DNA of 64,000 bases from an uncultured Planctomycetota bacterium (GTDB lineage: Bacteria; Planctomycetota; Planctomycetia; Isosphaerales; Isosphaeraceae), in the NCBI GenBank assembly GCA_963823665.1, contig CAWGMQ010000006.1, positions 1,312,001 to 1,376,000 on the forward strand, in the 5' to 3' direction. The position numbers and the translations under genes are program-made. A model generated the notes under the pieces. The model ran no database searches, had not been told where the DNA came from, and saw only the letters and a list, made by a program, of their open reading frames with translations. Below, in pieces: positions 52,016 through 63,314 of the stretch; position 1 is the first letter of the stretch; each line of letters opens with the position of its first letter.

Positions 52016-52762
52016 GTGCCGGCAATCCGAACGCTAGCTCTGGTTCTGCGAACGGTCGAGGTCTTTGAAACCAGCTCGGTCGCAACGCTTTTCACGCGCG
52101 AGCTGGGAAAGGTCTCGATCCTGGCGAAGGGCGCCCGGCGGCTCAAGTCGCCGCTTCAGGGTGGCCTTGACCTGCTCGGCGTTTCGGATATGGTGATCTT
52201 CACGAAAGCGGGAGAGGCGCTCGAGTTGTTGGCCGAGGCCGCCCCCGTCGAACGATTCCCATCTCTTCGCCGCAATCTTGCGGCCCTCTATGCCGGCTAC
52301 TACATCGCCGAACTGCTGTCTGACCTGACCGACATCCACGATCCGCATCCCAAGCTGTTCGACGCGGCGACGGTCACGTTGCGGCATCTGGGGGACGAAG
52401 GATTGCGCTCGGGGCGGGTTCTCCGGTTCGAGCTGGCGTGCCTGCGTGAGCTCGGAATCATGCCGTCTCTCGACCAGTGCGCTCAATGCGGTGGCGATGC
52501 CGCCTCGGAAGGGGGAAAGGTGTCCTTCGGGCTCTCGAGCGGCGGTGTTCTCTGTGAGGCCTGCCGGCCTGGCCAGCCGCACGTCGTAAGATTACCGAAC
52601 AGCGACCTCCAGGCGATCCGAATCCTGGCCAGTCCGGGCAGCGCCTGGCGTGAGCTCTGCTTTCGCCCGCGACACCTCGTTGCGGCGCGAGACGCCATCG
52701 GCGCGGTCGTCAGCCACGCTCGGGGCCGTCGTTCCCAACTTCGGCCCTTGCTCGGAGTTTGA
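52016..52762 (+). CDS. recO: DNA repair protein RecO
   Basis: LFTRELGKV..LAKGARRLKS, CxxC...GG.LCxxC. Confidence 0.95.
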   Translation: MPAIRTLALVLRTVEVFETSSVATLFTRELGKVSILAKGARRLKSPLQGGLDLLGVSDMVIFTKAGEALELLAEAAPVERFPSLRRNLAALYAGYYIAELLSDLTDIHDPHPKLFDAATVTLRHLGDEGLRSGRVLRFELACLRELGIMPSLDQCAQCGGDAASEGGKVSFGLSSGGVLCEACRPGQPHVVRLPNSDLQAIRILASPGSAWRELCFRPRHLVAARDAIGAVVSHARGRRSQLRPLLGV

Positions 52763-52766
52763 CTTG

Positions 52767-54188
52767 ATGCTTCGGGGTGATCGAATTCGTCAAAACACGC
52801 CTGCCAAGCCTGCGCCCCGCACGCATCGCTCCGTCCCATCCCCGCTCCTTCCCGGACCGCCCTGTCCCCCCGCTCCTTTCGCTCGCACGGGTCTCCTCGC
52901 CATCACCCTCGCAACGTTATTCAGCCTCACCGGCTGCCAGAACTTCGTCAGCCCTCTCGCAACCCTCAGAGCGGCTTACGACGGAGGCCTCGTCCGCGGT
53001 CCGACCAAGGAGGAAATGTCCGACTCCAGTTCCTCGATGAGCACCGATAACTTGCGCGACCGCTGGCTCACTCCGCGCCGAAGTCCCACTAACGCGGGTA
53101 GCGGCTCGTCCTCCACGCTGGTCCTCGGCTCCGACGGCTGGAAACCGATGACCAAGGCAGCCGCCGATCCGGCCGCCGAGGCCGAGTTCAATGCCGCCCA
53201 CACCCTCTTCCAGCAAGGCAAGCTCGACGAGGCTGAAAAGGAATTCGCCAGGATCGCCAAGAAGCGAAAAGGATCCCCCGTCGGCGAAGACAGCCAGTAC
53301 TATCTCGGCGAGACTCAATTCCAGCGCCAGAACTACTCCAGGGCTCACGACAGTTTCGAGTTGCTGCACAAAGACTATCCCGCAAGCGACTACATCGACA
53401 AGGCAGTCGCGCGCGAGTACGAGATGGCCCAGCTCTGGTTTGCCCAGGCTGACTCCAAAACCCCCAAGGAGAAGCTCCTCCCCTGGTACGGTCGCTTTGA
53501 CGGCCGGCTGCCGCTAATCGACATTCAGGGCAATGCTCTCAAAGCCCTCGAACACGTTCGCCAGAACGATCCCCTCGGCCCGCTGGCGGAAACGGCAACC
53601 AGAGGCATCGCTGAATACTATGTCCGCCACCGCGACTACGATTCTGCCGTCCAATATTACGACCAGTACATGCAGGAATACCGCAAAAGTCCTCATCTCT
53701 ACGACGTCCAGCTCGCCGCCATCGACGCTCACTTGAAAGGCTATCTCGGGCCCGATTACGACGCCTCCGGCCTCGGCAAAGCTCGCACCCTGGTCAGAAG
53801 GACCATGGAAGACCATCGCCAGATTCAAGTCGGCGAAGGGCTCTATCATACCCTCGACGTGATCAACGAGGCCGAGGCCGAAAAGACCTACAAGGTCGCG
53901 GCTCACTACAAGAAAATCGGCAAGGTCGCTTCCGCCGAATACTACTTCGGAAAGCTCCCCAGGCGCTGGCCCAATAGCCCCTGGGCCGTGAAGGCCAAAA
54001 CCGAGCTCGCCGAGCTCGCCAAACTCCCGCGAACACCCTCCAAGCCCAGCCGCATCATCATCCCTCCAGGCGGCACCGACATGTCCGGCGGCGGCATGGG
54101 CGGCATGGGTGGCATGGGTATGGGCGGGATGGGTATGGGCGGCATGGGTATGGGCGGCATGCCCATGGGCGGCATGGGAATGATGTAA
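52767..54188 (+). CDS. BamD-like TPR lipoprotein with GGM-repeat tail
   Basis: lipobox LTGC, TPRs, position between recO and lptE. Confidence 0.75.
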   Translation: MLRGDRIRQNTPAKPAPRTHRSVPSPLLPGPPCPPAPFARTGLLAITLATLFSLTGCQNFVSPLATLRAAYDGGLVRGPTKEEMSDSSSSMSTDNLRDRWLTPRRSPTNAGSGSSSTLVLGSDGWKPMTKAAADPAAEAEFNAAHTLFQQGKLDEAEKEFARIAKKRKGSPVGEDSQYYLGETQFQRQNYSRAHDSFELLHKDYPASDYIDKAVAREYEMAQLWFAQADSKTPKEKLLPWYGRFDGRLPLIDIQGNALKALEHVRQNDPLGPLAETATRGIAEYYVRHRDYDSAVQYYDQYMQEYRKSPHLYDVQLAAIDAHLKGYLGPDYDASGLGKARTLVRRTMEDHRQIQVGEGLYHTLDVINEAEAEKTYKVAAHYKKIGKVASAEYYFGKLPRRWPNSPWAVKAKTELAELAKLPRTPSKPSRIIIPPGGTDMSGGGMGGMGGMGMGGMGMGGMGMGGMPMGGMGMM

Positions 54189-54206
54189 CGAACGGGAGAG
54201 AGCGCT

Positions 54207-54845
54207 ATGCTACGATCCGACTCTCCGAGTCCCACGCGTGCAGCCCCCGGCATCCGATCCTCGTTCACCTTGCGCCTGGTCCTGGCCCTGATGACGGCTT
54301 GCTTCGCCGGCTGCGGCTCGCTGAGAAACACCAACGCGAACGGCGACCACGACGGTTTCTTCGGCTGGCATTTCCACGCACCTTTCGATACCTCCGAGGT
54401 CAAGACCGTCGCCATCTTTTTCAAGTCAAACGTCTTCCGCCGCGACCTCCAGCAGATGCTCACCGAAGCCGTGATCAAGGAGATCAACCTCCGCACGCCT
54501 TACCGTGTCGTCGCCAATCCCGAAAACGCAGACTCCCTCCTTACCGCCAGCATCACGTCCGACAACAAGAACCTGGTTGTCGAGTCCCCCACGAACTTCG
54601 CGCGCGAGCTCAACGCCACGATCGTCGTGCAGGCAAACTGGACACACAACCCTGCTACCGACATCGAAGTCGCGCGAACACCGACACTGATCTCGGAAAC
54701 CCTCAACTTCGTCCCCGAAGTCGGCCAGACCACCCTCTCCGCCTACAACCAGGTGATTCAGAGCATCGCCAAGCAGTTAGTTGATATGATGGAAGAGCGC
54801 CTGGTACCTGCCTCAGGACCTGGAATAATCAAACTGCGTTCCTGA
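54207..54845 (+). CDS. lptE: LptE-like lipoprotein
   Basis: FAGC lipobox, VKTVAI, LTEAVIKEINLRTPY, ADSLLT. Confidence 0.75.
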   Translation: MLRSDSPSPTRAAPGIRSSFTLRLVLALMTACFAGCGSLRNTNANGDHDGFFGWHFHAPFDTSEVKTVAIFFKSNVFRRDLQQMLTEAVIKEINLRTPYRVVANPENADSLLTASITSDNKNLVVESPTNFARELNATIVVQANWTHNPATDIEVARTPTLISETLNFVPEVGQTTLSAYNQVIQSIAKQLVDMMEERLVPASGPGIIKLRS

Positions 54846-54917
54846 TCGAGGCGTTCTCCAGGCAATTCATCGCATCGGCTGTTCCGATCTCCCTGATTCG
54901 ACCGATCGAGTGCAAGA

Positions 54918-55787
54918 TTGAGCCCCCGGTCCACCACACTCTGGGAAGCCCGCGGCCGCACGGTCTTTAGCCCGTCGGATCCCGTTCCCAAAGTGATGGG
55001 CATCCTGAACCTGACGCCGGACAGCTTCTCCGACGGCGGCGAGATCGAAGATCTTCTCGAAGCGATCGCTCTCGCGAAGCGCCTGGCCGCACAGGGCGCC
55101 GACATCCTCGACGTGGGTGGCGAATCGACCCGCCCGGGTGCAGAGCCTGTCTCCCTCCTGGAAGAAGCACGACGAATCATCCCGGTCGTGGAGGCAATCG
55201 CCGCGCAGCTCGAGATCCCCATCTCGATCGACACCACCAAGGCCGAGGTGGCCCGCCTGGCCTTGGCCGCCGGTGCCTCGATCATCAACGATACCAGCGC
55301 GCTGGCCGCCGATCCCGCCATGGCGCCAGTCGTCGCTGAATCCGGGGCCGGCGTCGTCCTCATGCACATGCAAGGCACCCCCGCCACCATGCAGGCTAAT
55401 CCTTCTTATCAGGATGTTGTCATCGAGGTGTACGACTTCCTCGCTCGCCGCATAGAGTGGGCCCAGAGCCACGGCATCCCGCGCCAGCAAATTGCCATTG
55501 ACCCCGGAATCGGCTTCGGCAAGACCTTCGAGCACAACCTCGAGATCTTGCGGAATCTTGAACGTTTTGACACGCTGGGGTGTCCCATCCTGGTCGGCCT
55601 GTCGCGCAAAGGGTTTCTCGGTTCGATCACGGGCAAGCCGGTTTCCGAGCGCACCGCGGCGACCGTCGCCGCCTCGCTCGACGCATGCCGCCGTGGTGCC
55701 CGGATCGTCCGCGTTCACGATGTCGCCGCAATGGTCGACGCCATCCGCGTCTGGACCGCCTTGAAGAACTGGGAGGTTCGCACATGA
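54918..55787 (+). CDS. folP: dihydropteroate synthase
   Basis: MGILNLTPDSFSDGG, GGESTRPG, DPGIGFGK, SRK, RVHDV. Confidence 0.97.
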   Translation: MSPRSTTLWEARGRTVFSPSDPVPKVMGILNLTPDSFSDGGEIEDLLEAIALAKRLAAQGADILDVGGESTRPGAEPVSLLEEARRIIPVVEAIAAQLEIPISIDTTKAEVARLALAAGASIINDTSALAADPAMAPVVAESGAGVVLMHMQGTPATMQANPSYQDVVIEVYDFLARRIEWAQSHGIPRQQIAIDPGIGFGKTFEHNLEILRNLERFDTLGCPILVGLSRKGFLGSITGKPVSERTAATVAASLDACRRGARIVRVHDVAAMVDAIRVWTALKNWEVRT

Positions 55788-57087
55788 GCGCGCAAGCGGA
55801 AATCAAACCGAATCCGGAATCATATGCACTTGCGGAAACCAGCCTCTGCCGCACCATGGCCGAAGCCGCCAAAGCCGCCTCGCGCCGGCTCGCCATCACC
55901 CGGGGTGAGATCCGGAACACCTGGCTGCGCAAGTGCTGCTGCCTCGCTTCTCGAGCGCCGTCACGAAGTCCTCGCCGCCAACGCCCGCGACATCTCCGAG
56001 GCCAGGACCGCGGGTCTCTCCGCCGCCGCCATCGAGCGATTGACCCTGACCGATACCCGCTTGGGCGACATCGCCCAGAGCCTCCTGGACGTCGCCGCAC
56101 TCCCCGACCCGATCGGCGAGGTTGTCACCGCGAGCCGGCGGCCCAATGGACTCGACGTTCGCCAGGTCCGCGTTCCGCTCGGCGTCATCTTCATGATCTT
56201 CGAGAGCCGGCCCAACGTCACAGTCGACGCCGCCGCCCTCTGCGTCAAGAGCGGAAACGCGGTCATCCTCCGCGGCGGCAAGGAAGCGATCGGCACCAAC
56301 AGTATGCTGCACCGCGTTCTCGCCGATCAACTGGTGCCCTGCGGCCTGCCCGAGGCCTCCGTTCAGCTTGTCGCCACCGTCGATCGCGCGGCCGTCGCTG
56401 AGTTCCTGGCCCTCTCGGATCTGATCGACCTCGCCATCCCGCGCGGTGGCGAAAGCCTGATTCGCCGCGTCGTCGCCGAGGCGACCATGCCCGTCCTGAA
56501 ACACTACCAGGGCAATTGCCACGTCTACGTCGACTCACGCTGCGACCTCGATCTGGCCGTCAAGATCATCGTGAACGCGAAGGTCTCCCGCCCCGCAGTC
56601 TGCAACGCCGCCGAAACGCTCCTGGTGCATCAGGCGATCGCGCCCCGAGTTCCTTCCCCTCGCCGCCGAGGCACTTTTCCGCGAGGGGGTCGAGCTCCGC
56701 GGTGATGCCGCGGCCAGACAAATTGTCCCGGCCATGAAGCCCGCGCACGTCACGGACTGGGATACCGAGTATCTCGACAAGATCCTGGCAGTCGCCGTCG
56801 TCGATTCCCTGGACGATGCCATCGCCCATATCACGCGACATGGCTCCGGTCACACCGACGCCATCGTCACCCTCGATCTGCCCTCCGCCCAGCGCTTCAT
56901 CGCCGAAGTCGACAGCTCGGCCGTGATCGTCAACGCCAGCACCCGCTTCAACGACGGCGGCCAGCTCGGCCTGGGCGCCGAAATCGGCATCAGCACCGAC
57001 AAAATCCACGCCCGCGGCCCCTGCGGATTAAGAGAGCTGACGACCACAAAGTGGATCATCTTCGGCGAGGGCCAAATCCGCGAATGA
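55784..57087 (+). CDS. proA: gamma-glutamyl phosphate reductase (frameshifts ~55930 and ~56645)
   Basis: [53 protein letters not shown]. Confidence 0.94.
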
Positions 57088-57104
57088 AACAGGCCTGTCG
57101 TGCT

Positions 57105-57182
57105 CTTAATCTTAATCCTAATCCTAATCTTAATCTTAATCTTAATCTTAATCTTAATCTTAATCCTAATCCTAACCCTAAT
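57105..57182. repeat. (CYTAAT)13 hexamer tandem repeat
   Basis: 13 units of CTTAAT/CCTAAT (one CCTAAC) between convergent proA and VWA genes. Confidence 0.95.
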
Positions 57183-57207
57183 CTCCTATCCATCTCCCCG
57201 CCTGTTC

Positions 57208-59955
57208 CTACTTCCCCTCCAAACCCCGATTCCTGATATCCCGCGCCTTCTTCACCAACCCGGTGAATTCCTTCCTGTACCCCGACTCATCCCCCTCACT
57301 CACCTGCCCCGCAATCTCCAACACCCCATCAAACGTAATCGTCCCCTTATACTTCGAATCTCGCAGCAACATCCCGAACCCCGCAACCGCCGCCGCAAAC
57401 TTCAGGTCCCCTGAAGCCCGGCCAAAATCAACCCCTTCATCCACAACCGGGTACACCAAAGGCACGCTCTTATCCTCATTCGGCTTCTTGTACCGCAGAT
57501 TGACGACGAACGAGTTCGCTCGCCTGGGTTCCTTGCCGCTCTCGGTTTTCTTCGCGGCATCCTTCAAGGCGACCTCTCGCCCCCGTTCGCCCACCTTCGC
57601 CGGCACCAGCTCGTAAAGCGCCGTCACGTGATGCCCCGCCCCGATCTCCCCCGCATCCTTGGCATCATTATCGAAGTCTTCGTTCGCCAGCGCCCGATTT
57701 TCATAACCGATCAGCCGATATTCGGCCACTTGCGCCGGATTGAAGTCGACCTGGATCTTCACGTCCTTCGCGACCGTGACCAGCGTCGAGCCCATCTCCT
57801 TCACGAGCACCCGATAAGCCTCGTGCGGCGAGTCGATATACGCGTAGTGGCCATTGCCCTTGTCGGCAAGCTGCTCCAGCTTGGCATCCTTGATGTTTCC
57901 CATACCGAAGCCGAGCACGCTCAGAAAAACGCCCGATTTCGCCTTTTCAGTGATCAGCTCCATGAGCTTCTTGTCATCGGTGATCCCGACGTTGAAATCA
58001 CCGTCGGTGGCCAGGATGACCCGATTGGTCCCATTCTTGATGAAGTTCTTGACGGCGACGTCATAAGCGAGCTGAATGCCCTCGCCGCCATTCGTCGAGC
58101 CGCCGGCCTTCAGCCGGTCGATCGCCGTCATGATCTCGGCCTTCTTCTGGCAAGACGTCGACGGCAGAACGAGCCCCGCTGCTCCCAGGTAGACAACGAT
58201 CGCCACGCGATCATTTTCGCCGAGCTGCTCGACCATTCTCTGCAAGCCCCACTGCACCAGCTTTAGCTTGTCTGGCTCGTCCATCGACCCCGAAACATCC
58301 ACCAGGAACACGAGATTGCTGGCCGGTCGGTTGGCCTGATCAATCGGTTTGGCGGCAATGCCGATGCGCGCCAGTCGGTGCGCAGCATTCCACGGGCACC
58401 CGCTCACCTCGACGTGCACCGCAAACGGCTGATCGCTCGCATCGGCCGCCGGCGAATCGTGATAAGGGAAGTAGTTGAGCATCTCTTCAATGCGAACGGC
58501 ATCACGCGGCGGCAGCGATTCCTGGTTCAAGAACCGCCGGATCATCACGTAGCTCGCCGTATCGACGTCAATCGAGAACGTCGACTGCAGCGCCTTGGCG
58601 GTGAGCAAGAACGCGTTCTCGACGATCGGCGCAAACGCCTCTGCATCGGCGACGACTTCTTGCTCGATCCTCGCTTCGACTTGCTGCTCGGGTGCATTCT
58701 GGGCGAGATTCTGTTGCACATCCTTGACTTCCTTGTCGGTCGGTTTCGGCAACGCGGCATTGCCTTCGTTTGCCGGCGGAGTGAACCCCAGTTGAGTCTT
58801 CTGGCCAGCCCGCGCGGGATCACCGCCGTTTTGCATTTGCCCGGCAGGTGCCTTCGCGAGCGTCAGGTCCTCTCGAAGCTCCGCACCAGGCGCCCGAGCG
58901 GCGGGTGCCGCGGCCGCCGGGGCTGCCTCGGTTGCCTTTCCGGTTGCTCCGGCCGATAGCGGGCTCGCGCCTTGCTTCGCTTCTCCCGCCAATCGCTCAT
59001 CAGTCGGCGCCGCGGTCGGCGTCGGACGTGACGGAGCGCCTTGCTTGGCCTTGGCATCGAGCGGCGCTTCGAGGTCGTTCAATTCCGCCAGGCGCTTTCG
59101 CCGGCGGAGAGCAAGCGAGTCTGCCCCCGGTGCGGCCGCAGCCGGGTACACTGAACGCTCGGCGGGCGCCGAAGCTCCCGTCACCACGGTAGCGCCTGGT
59201 GCCGGCGGCATCGCCGGACCAGAACCGCCCGCTCCGGTCTGGCTCACTTTCCCGAGTTTCCTGGCGACCAGCGCGCGCTGCTCGCCACGGTCAGTTGCTC
59301 CGCCCATGCCGCCGCGCCGACCCTCGGGGGCAATCGCCGTCACATCCGCCTCCTCTCCGTATGCATCGACAAACCCTTCTCCCGCCGGCTTGTTCGCGGC
59401 GCCCTGGCTCACTCCGAGATCTCGAGACACGCCCTCGCCCGTCTCGGTGGAGGCGCGTAAGGCCACCGCCGCCGGCGCCGCAGCCGCCGTCTTTTCCGAA
59501 ATACGATTCCGGACACGCTTCGCCTGCGGGGCGGGCGCGGTCGATCGTTCGCCCGGTTCTGCGAGGGCAATCCGATCCAATTCTCGGCGCTGCTTCACAT
59601 CCACACGAACAAACGGCACGACCGCCAGCCCCACAAGCGCCAGCACCGCCGCCGCGATCAAATTCATCCGGATTGCGGGCCGTCCCCACCACCGCCGTCG
59701 CGGCGCATCCGAATTCGCCACGATCTCGCCGGCAACATGATGGTTGTTGATCCCGGCCTTCTCCACCGGATGATGCGCTCGACTCTCCGCTTGAAGCTGT
59801 TCGGAGAGCCACCGCGTCGTCAACCGGATCTCTTCGACCGCCTCGCGACAGTCGGCCGAATCGATGAGATTTGCCTCGACCACCGCGCGCTCGGTGGGAT
59901 CGAGCTCGCCAAGCACGAATGCCGTCAGCCGGGGATCGTTGGGGTCAATGTTCAT
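57208..59955 (-). CDS. anti-sigma-like N-terminus + TM + linker + YfbK-type VWA domain (copy 1)
   Basis: [58 protein letters not shown]. Confidence 0.92.
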   Translation of the reverse strand: MNIDPNDPRLTAFVLGELDPTERAVVEANLIDSADCREAVEEIRLTTRWLSEQLQAESRAHHPVEKAGINNHHVAGEIVANSDAPRRRWWGRPAIRMNLIAAAVLALVGLAVVPFVRVDVKQRRELDRIALAEPGERSTAPAPQAKRVRNRISEKTAAAAPAAVALRASTETGEGVSRDLGVSQGAANKPAGEGFVDAYGEEADVTAIAPEGRRGGMGGATDRGEQRALVARKLGKVSQTGAGGSGPAMPPAPGATVVTGASAPAERSVYPAAAAPGADSLALRRRKRLAELNDLEAPLDAKAKQGAPSRPTPTAAPTDERLAGEAKQGASPLSAGATGKATEAAPAAAAPAARAPGAELREDLTLAKAPAGQMQNGGDPARAGQKTQLGFTPPANEGNAALPKPTDKEVKDVQQNLAQNAPEQQVEARIEQEVVADAEAFAPIVENAFLLTAKALQSTFSIDVDTASYVMIRRFLNQESLPPRDAVRIEEMLNYFPYHDSPAADASDQPFAVHVEVSGCPWNAAHRLARIGIAAKPIDQANRPASNLVFLVDVSGSMDEPDKLKLVQWGLQRMVEQLGENDRVAIVVYLGAAGLVLPSTSCQKKAEIMTAIDRLKAGGSTNGGEGIQLAYDVAVKNFIKNGTNRVILATDGDFNVGITDDKKLMELITEKAKSGVFLSVLGFGMGNIKDAKLEQLADKGNGHYAYIDSPHEAYRVLVKEMGSTLVTVAKDVKIQVDFNPAQVAEYRLIGYENRALANEDFDNDAKDAGEIGAGHHVTALYELVPAKVGERGREVALKDAAKKTESGKEPRRANSFVVNLRYKKPNEDKSVPLVYPVVDEGVDFGRASGDLKFAAAVAGFGMLLRDSKYKGTITFDGVLEIAGQVSEGDESGYRKEFTGLVKKARDIRNRGLEGK

Positions 59956-60504
59956 GATAGGCTCTCCTCTCGATCGGCACCGGACCTGGCAGCTTCGCCG
60001 GCAAAGAGTTGAACACGAAGCGCCTTGACCCCGGCATGAATCAAGTAGCCCACGTTGGACACGCTATGTCCGCTGATCCGGCTGATTTCCTGGTAGGAAA
60101 ACCCGTTCTGAAACTTGAGGCGAATGACCTCGCGCTGATTGACGGGCAAGACCTCGAGCAAGTCGAGCACCCGCGACGCCAGGTCTCGCCTGACCGCGGC
60201 CTCGAGTGGTCCCGGATCCGGGCTGAGGCAGCGCTGCACCTGCTCTTCGTGCAACTGAGTCATCCGATTCTCCTTCCGCAGCACATCGAGCGCCCGGTTG
60301 CGGCAGACAGTGAACAGCCACTCGGCCAGGTGCCCGTCGATCGATTCAAACTCGGAGGCGCACAGCTTGAGGAACGTATCCTGCACCACATCTCGCGCAG
60401 CCTCGGCATCTCGCAGCAGGCGCGGCATACAACAAGAGCGGCCCCTCAAACCGGGCCACCGCATCCCGTACCCATGACTGCTGCTCGCCCATTACTTGCA
60501 ACAT
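59952..60504 (-). CDS. ECF sigma factor (copy 1; frameshift ~60422)
   Basis: [30 protein letters not shown]...SYQEIS. Confidence 0.9.
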
Positions 60505-60542
60505 CAGCCCACTCGAAAGGAATTCCAGTTCCGTCAACCCAT

Positions 60543-63314
60543 TCACGGCATGTCTCGCACCGTTCGTTCCCGGATTTCCTTCGCTTTCCTCACCAACCCC
60601 ATGAACTCTTTCCGATACCCCGATTGATCACCCTCACTCACCGTCCCCGCGATCTCCAGAACCCCATCAAACGTAATCGTCCCCTTATACTTCGAATCTC
60701 GCAGCAGCATCCCGAATCCCGCAACGGCCGCCGCAAACTTGAGATCTCCGGATGCCCTCCCAAAATCAACTCCGTCATCCACAACCGGGTAGACCAGAGG
60801 TTCGCTCTTATCCTCATTCGGCTTCTTGTACCGCAGATTGACGACGAACGAATTCGCCCGCCGCTGCGCTTTCCCCTCTCGCTTCACCGCGACATCCTTC
60901 TGTGCAACCTCCTGCCTTCCTCCGTCCGCCTTCGCCGGCACCAGCTCGTAAAGCGCCGTCACGTGGTGCCCCGCTCCGATCTCCCCCGCATCCTTGGCGT
61001 CGTTGTTGAAGTCTTTATTCGCGAGAGCCCGGTTTTCGTACCCGATCAGTCGATATTCGGCAACCTGATCGGGAATGAAGTCGACCTGGATCTTCACGTC
61101 CTTGGCGACCGTGACCAGCGTCGCGGCCATACCAGTCACCAGCACCCGGTAAGCCTCGCGGGGCGAGTCGATGTAGGCAAAATGACCGTTCCCTTTGTCA
61201 GCGAGCTTCTCCAGCTTGGCGTCCTTGACGCCCATCCCAAACCCCAGCACGCTCAGAAAAACGCCCGATTTTGCCTTCTGCGTGATCAGCTCGACAAGCT
61301 TGTCGTCGTCGGAAATGCCGACGTTGAACTCGCCGTCAGTCGCCAGGATCACCCGATTGGTCCCATTCTGGATGAAGTTCTTGGTCGCGATGTCATAGGC
61401 GAGCTGAATACCCGCCCCGCCGTTCGTCGAGCCTCCGGCCTTGAGCCGGCCAATCGCCGCCATCACCTCGGGTTTCTTCTGACAGGAAGTCGACGGCAGA
61501 ACCAACCCCGCGGCCCCCGCATACACGACGATTGCCACCCGGTCATTCTCGCCAAGCTGCTCCACCAGCCTTTGCAAGCCCCACTGCACCAGCGGCAGTC
61601 TGTCGGGCTCGTCCATCGACCCCGAAACATCCACCAGGAACACGAGATTGCTGGCCGGCCGATTGGCCTGATCAATCGGTTTGGCCGCAATGCCGATGCG
61701 CGCCAGCCGGTGCGCAGCATTCCACGGGCACCCGCCCACCTCGACGTGCACCGCAAACGGTTGATCGCTCGCATCAGCCGCCGGCGAATCGTGATACGGA
61801 AAATAGTTGAGCATCTCTTCAATGCGAACGTCTTCACGCGGCGGCAGCGAGTCTTGCTTCAAGCACCGCCGGATCATGGCGTAGCTCGCCGTATCGACAT
61901 CGATCGAAAACGTCGACAACCGCTCCTTGCTCGTGAGCTGAAACGCGTTCTCCACGATCGGCGCAGCCTCCTCGTCGGCAACGATTTTTTCTTTCTCCTC
62001 GCCTCCGACTTGCTGCGCGGGTAGTTTCCGGGCCAGCTTTTGTTCGAGATCGGCAAGTTCTCCGTCTTTTCCTTTACTGGGCGGAGCGCCACCCGCTCCG
62101 GCCGCCGGAGCCTTGAACGCGAAGTCTGGCTCGCCTTCTCGCCCGCGAGCACTGCCTTTTTGCAGTTCCCCCAGCGGCGCCTTCCCGGCCGCCATTCCAT
62201 CATGCAGCCCCTCCGCGATCCGCGCCTCCTGGCCACGCGAGGCATCTGCCGGCATGGGGGCTGGCACGGCTGCTGCCGAGCTCTCGCCCCGCTGCGGTTC
62301 GCGGGAAAATCCCTCAGCAGCCTTGGTCGCGCCCGGCACCGCACCTGCCGGAGCGTCTTTCTTATCCTCCGGTGCCGCACCTCGCATAGCGCCTTTGATA
62401 TTCTTTGGCTGCGGCTGCCCTCGTGAGTCGCGCGATTCCATCGCGCGACTCTGCGTGCGCAGGGCAACCAACGCTTCCCGCCGTGCAGCCGGAGCTGACC
62501 TCTTGGCCGCCTCGCCGGACGGTTGTGCTCCCGCCGCAACAACCCGTGGTGCCGGCGGCGTCGCCGGCGCGGATCCGCCCGCGACCGCGAGTTTCTTGCC
62601 GGTCATCGCGGGCTGCTTGCTCCTGTCAGCCCCTCCGCCCATGCTCCCGAGCTGACCTCCCCGGGCAGCAGCCGGCGCATCCACGTCCTGAAATGCAAAC
62701 TCGGCCGGTTGGGCCGCCGGCTTGTTCGGGGCGCCTCGGCTGAGTCCAAAACCTCGGGACACGCCCTCGCCCCTGTCGTCCGCGGTCGATAACGGCACGG
62801 CCGCCGGTGCCGCGGCCAGAGGCGACGCAGGAGCAGCCGCCGGAGCGGGCGCCGCCTCGCCGAATCGATCATAGTCACGATTCGTCTGGTCCTCGATGGC
62901 TCGTTTCCCACTCTTCTTGAGGTGCGCAACGCGCTCGAGTTCTCGGCGCGGCTGCACATCCACACGAACAAGCGGCACGACCGCCAGCCCCACAAGCGCC
63001 AGCACCGCCGCCGCGATCAAATTCATCCGGATTGCGGGCCGTCCCCACCACCGCCGTCGCGGCGCATCCGAATTCGCCACGATCTCGCCGGCAACATGAT
63101 GGTTGTTGATCCCGGCCTTCTCCACCGGGTAATGCGCGCGACTCTCCGCTTGAAGCTGCTCGGAGAGCCACCGCGTCGTCAACCGGATCTCTTCGACCGC
63201 CTCGCGACAGTCGGCCGAATCGATGAGATTTGCCTCGACCACAGCACGCTCCGTGGGGTCGAGCTCGCCAAGCACGAATGCCGTCAGCCGGGGGTCGTTG
63301 GGGTCAATGTTCAT
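60543..63314 (-). CDS. anti-sigma-like N-terminus + TM + linker + YfbK-type VWA domain (copy 2)
   Basis: paralog of 57208-59955 with the same motifs. Confidence 0.92.
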   Translation of the reverse strand: MNIDPNDPRLTAFVLGELDPTERAVVEANLIDSADCREAVEEIRLTTRWLSEQLQAESRAHYPVEKAGINNHHVAGEIVANSDAPRRRWWGRPAIRMNLIAAAVLALVGLAVVPLVRVDVQPRRELERVAHLKKSGKRAIEDQTNRDYDRFGEAAPAPAAAPASPLAAAPAAVPLSTADDRGEGVSRGFGLSRGAPNKPAAQPAEFAFQDVDAPAAARGGQLGSMGGGADRSKQPAMTGKKLAVAGGSAPATPPAPRVVAAGAQPSGEAAKRSAPAARREALVALRTQSRAMESRDSRGQPQPKNIKGAMRGAAPEDKKDAPAGAVPGATKAAEGFSREPQRGESSAAAVPAPMPADASRGQEARIAEGLHDGMAAGKAPLGELQKGSARGREGEPDFAFKAPAAGAGGAPPSKGKDGELADLEQKLARKLPAQQVGGEEKEKIVADEEAAPIVENAFQLTSKERLSTFSIDVDTASYAMIRRCLKQDSLPPREDVRIEEMLNYFPYHDSPAADASDQPFAVHVEVGGCPWNAAHRLARIGIAAKPIDQANRPASNLVFLVDVSGSMDEPDRLPLVQWGLQRLVEQLGENDRVAIVVYAGAAGLVLPSTSCQKKPEVMAAIGRLKAGGSTNGGAGIQLAYDIATKNFIQNGTNRVILATDGEFNVGISDDDKLVELITQKAKSGVFLSVLGFGMGVKDAKLEKLADKGNGHFAYIDSPREAYRVLVTGMAATLVTVAKDVKIQVDFIPDQVAEYRLIGYENRALANKDFNNDAKDAGEIGAGHHVTALYELVPAKADGGRQEVAQKDVAVKREGKAQRRANSFVVNLRYKKPNEDKSEPLVYPVVDDGVDFGRASGDLKFAAAVAGFGMLLRDSKYKGTITFDGVLEIAGTVSEGDQSGYRKEFMGLVRKAKEIRERTVRDMP

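Noticed and set aside
33403..57087. frameshifts in uppS, DUF3326, proA and others read as pseudogenes or programmed frameshifting
   Set aside because: The scattered single-base indels, some in homopolymers and in essential genes, are better explained by long-read consensus error.
57100..57414. ORFs encoding (LI)n or (LN/PN)n, and the resemblance of CCCTAA to telomere repeats
   Set aside because: These are translations of the hexamer microsatellite; there is only one CCCTAA unit and the tract is internal.
60009..62024. long antisense ORFs (671 aa here; also 37137-38642, 39806-41002, 32040-33200)
   Set aside because: They are shadow frames opposite well-supported genes, as expected at high GC, and carry no motifs.
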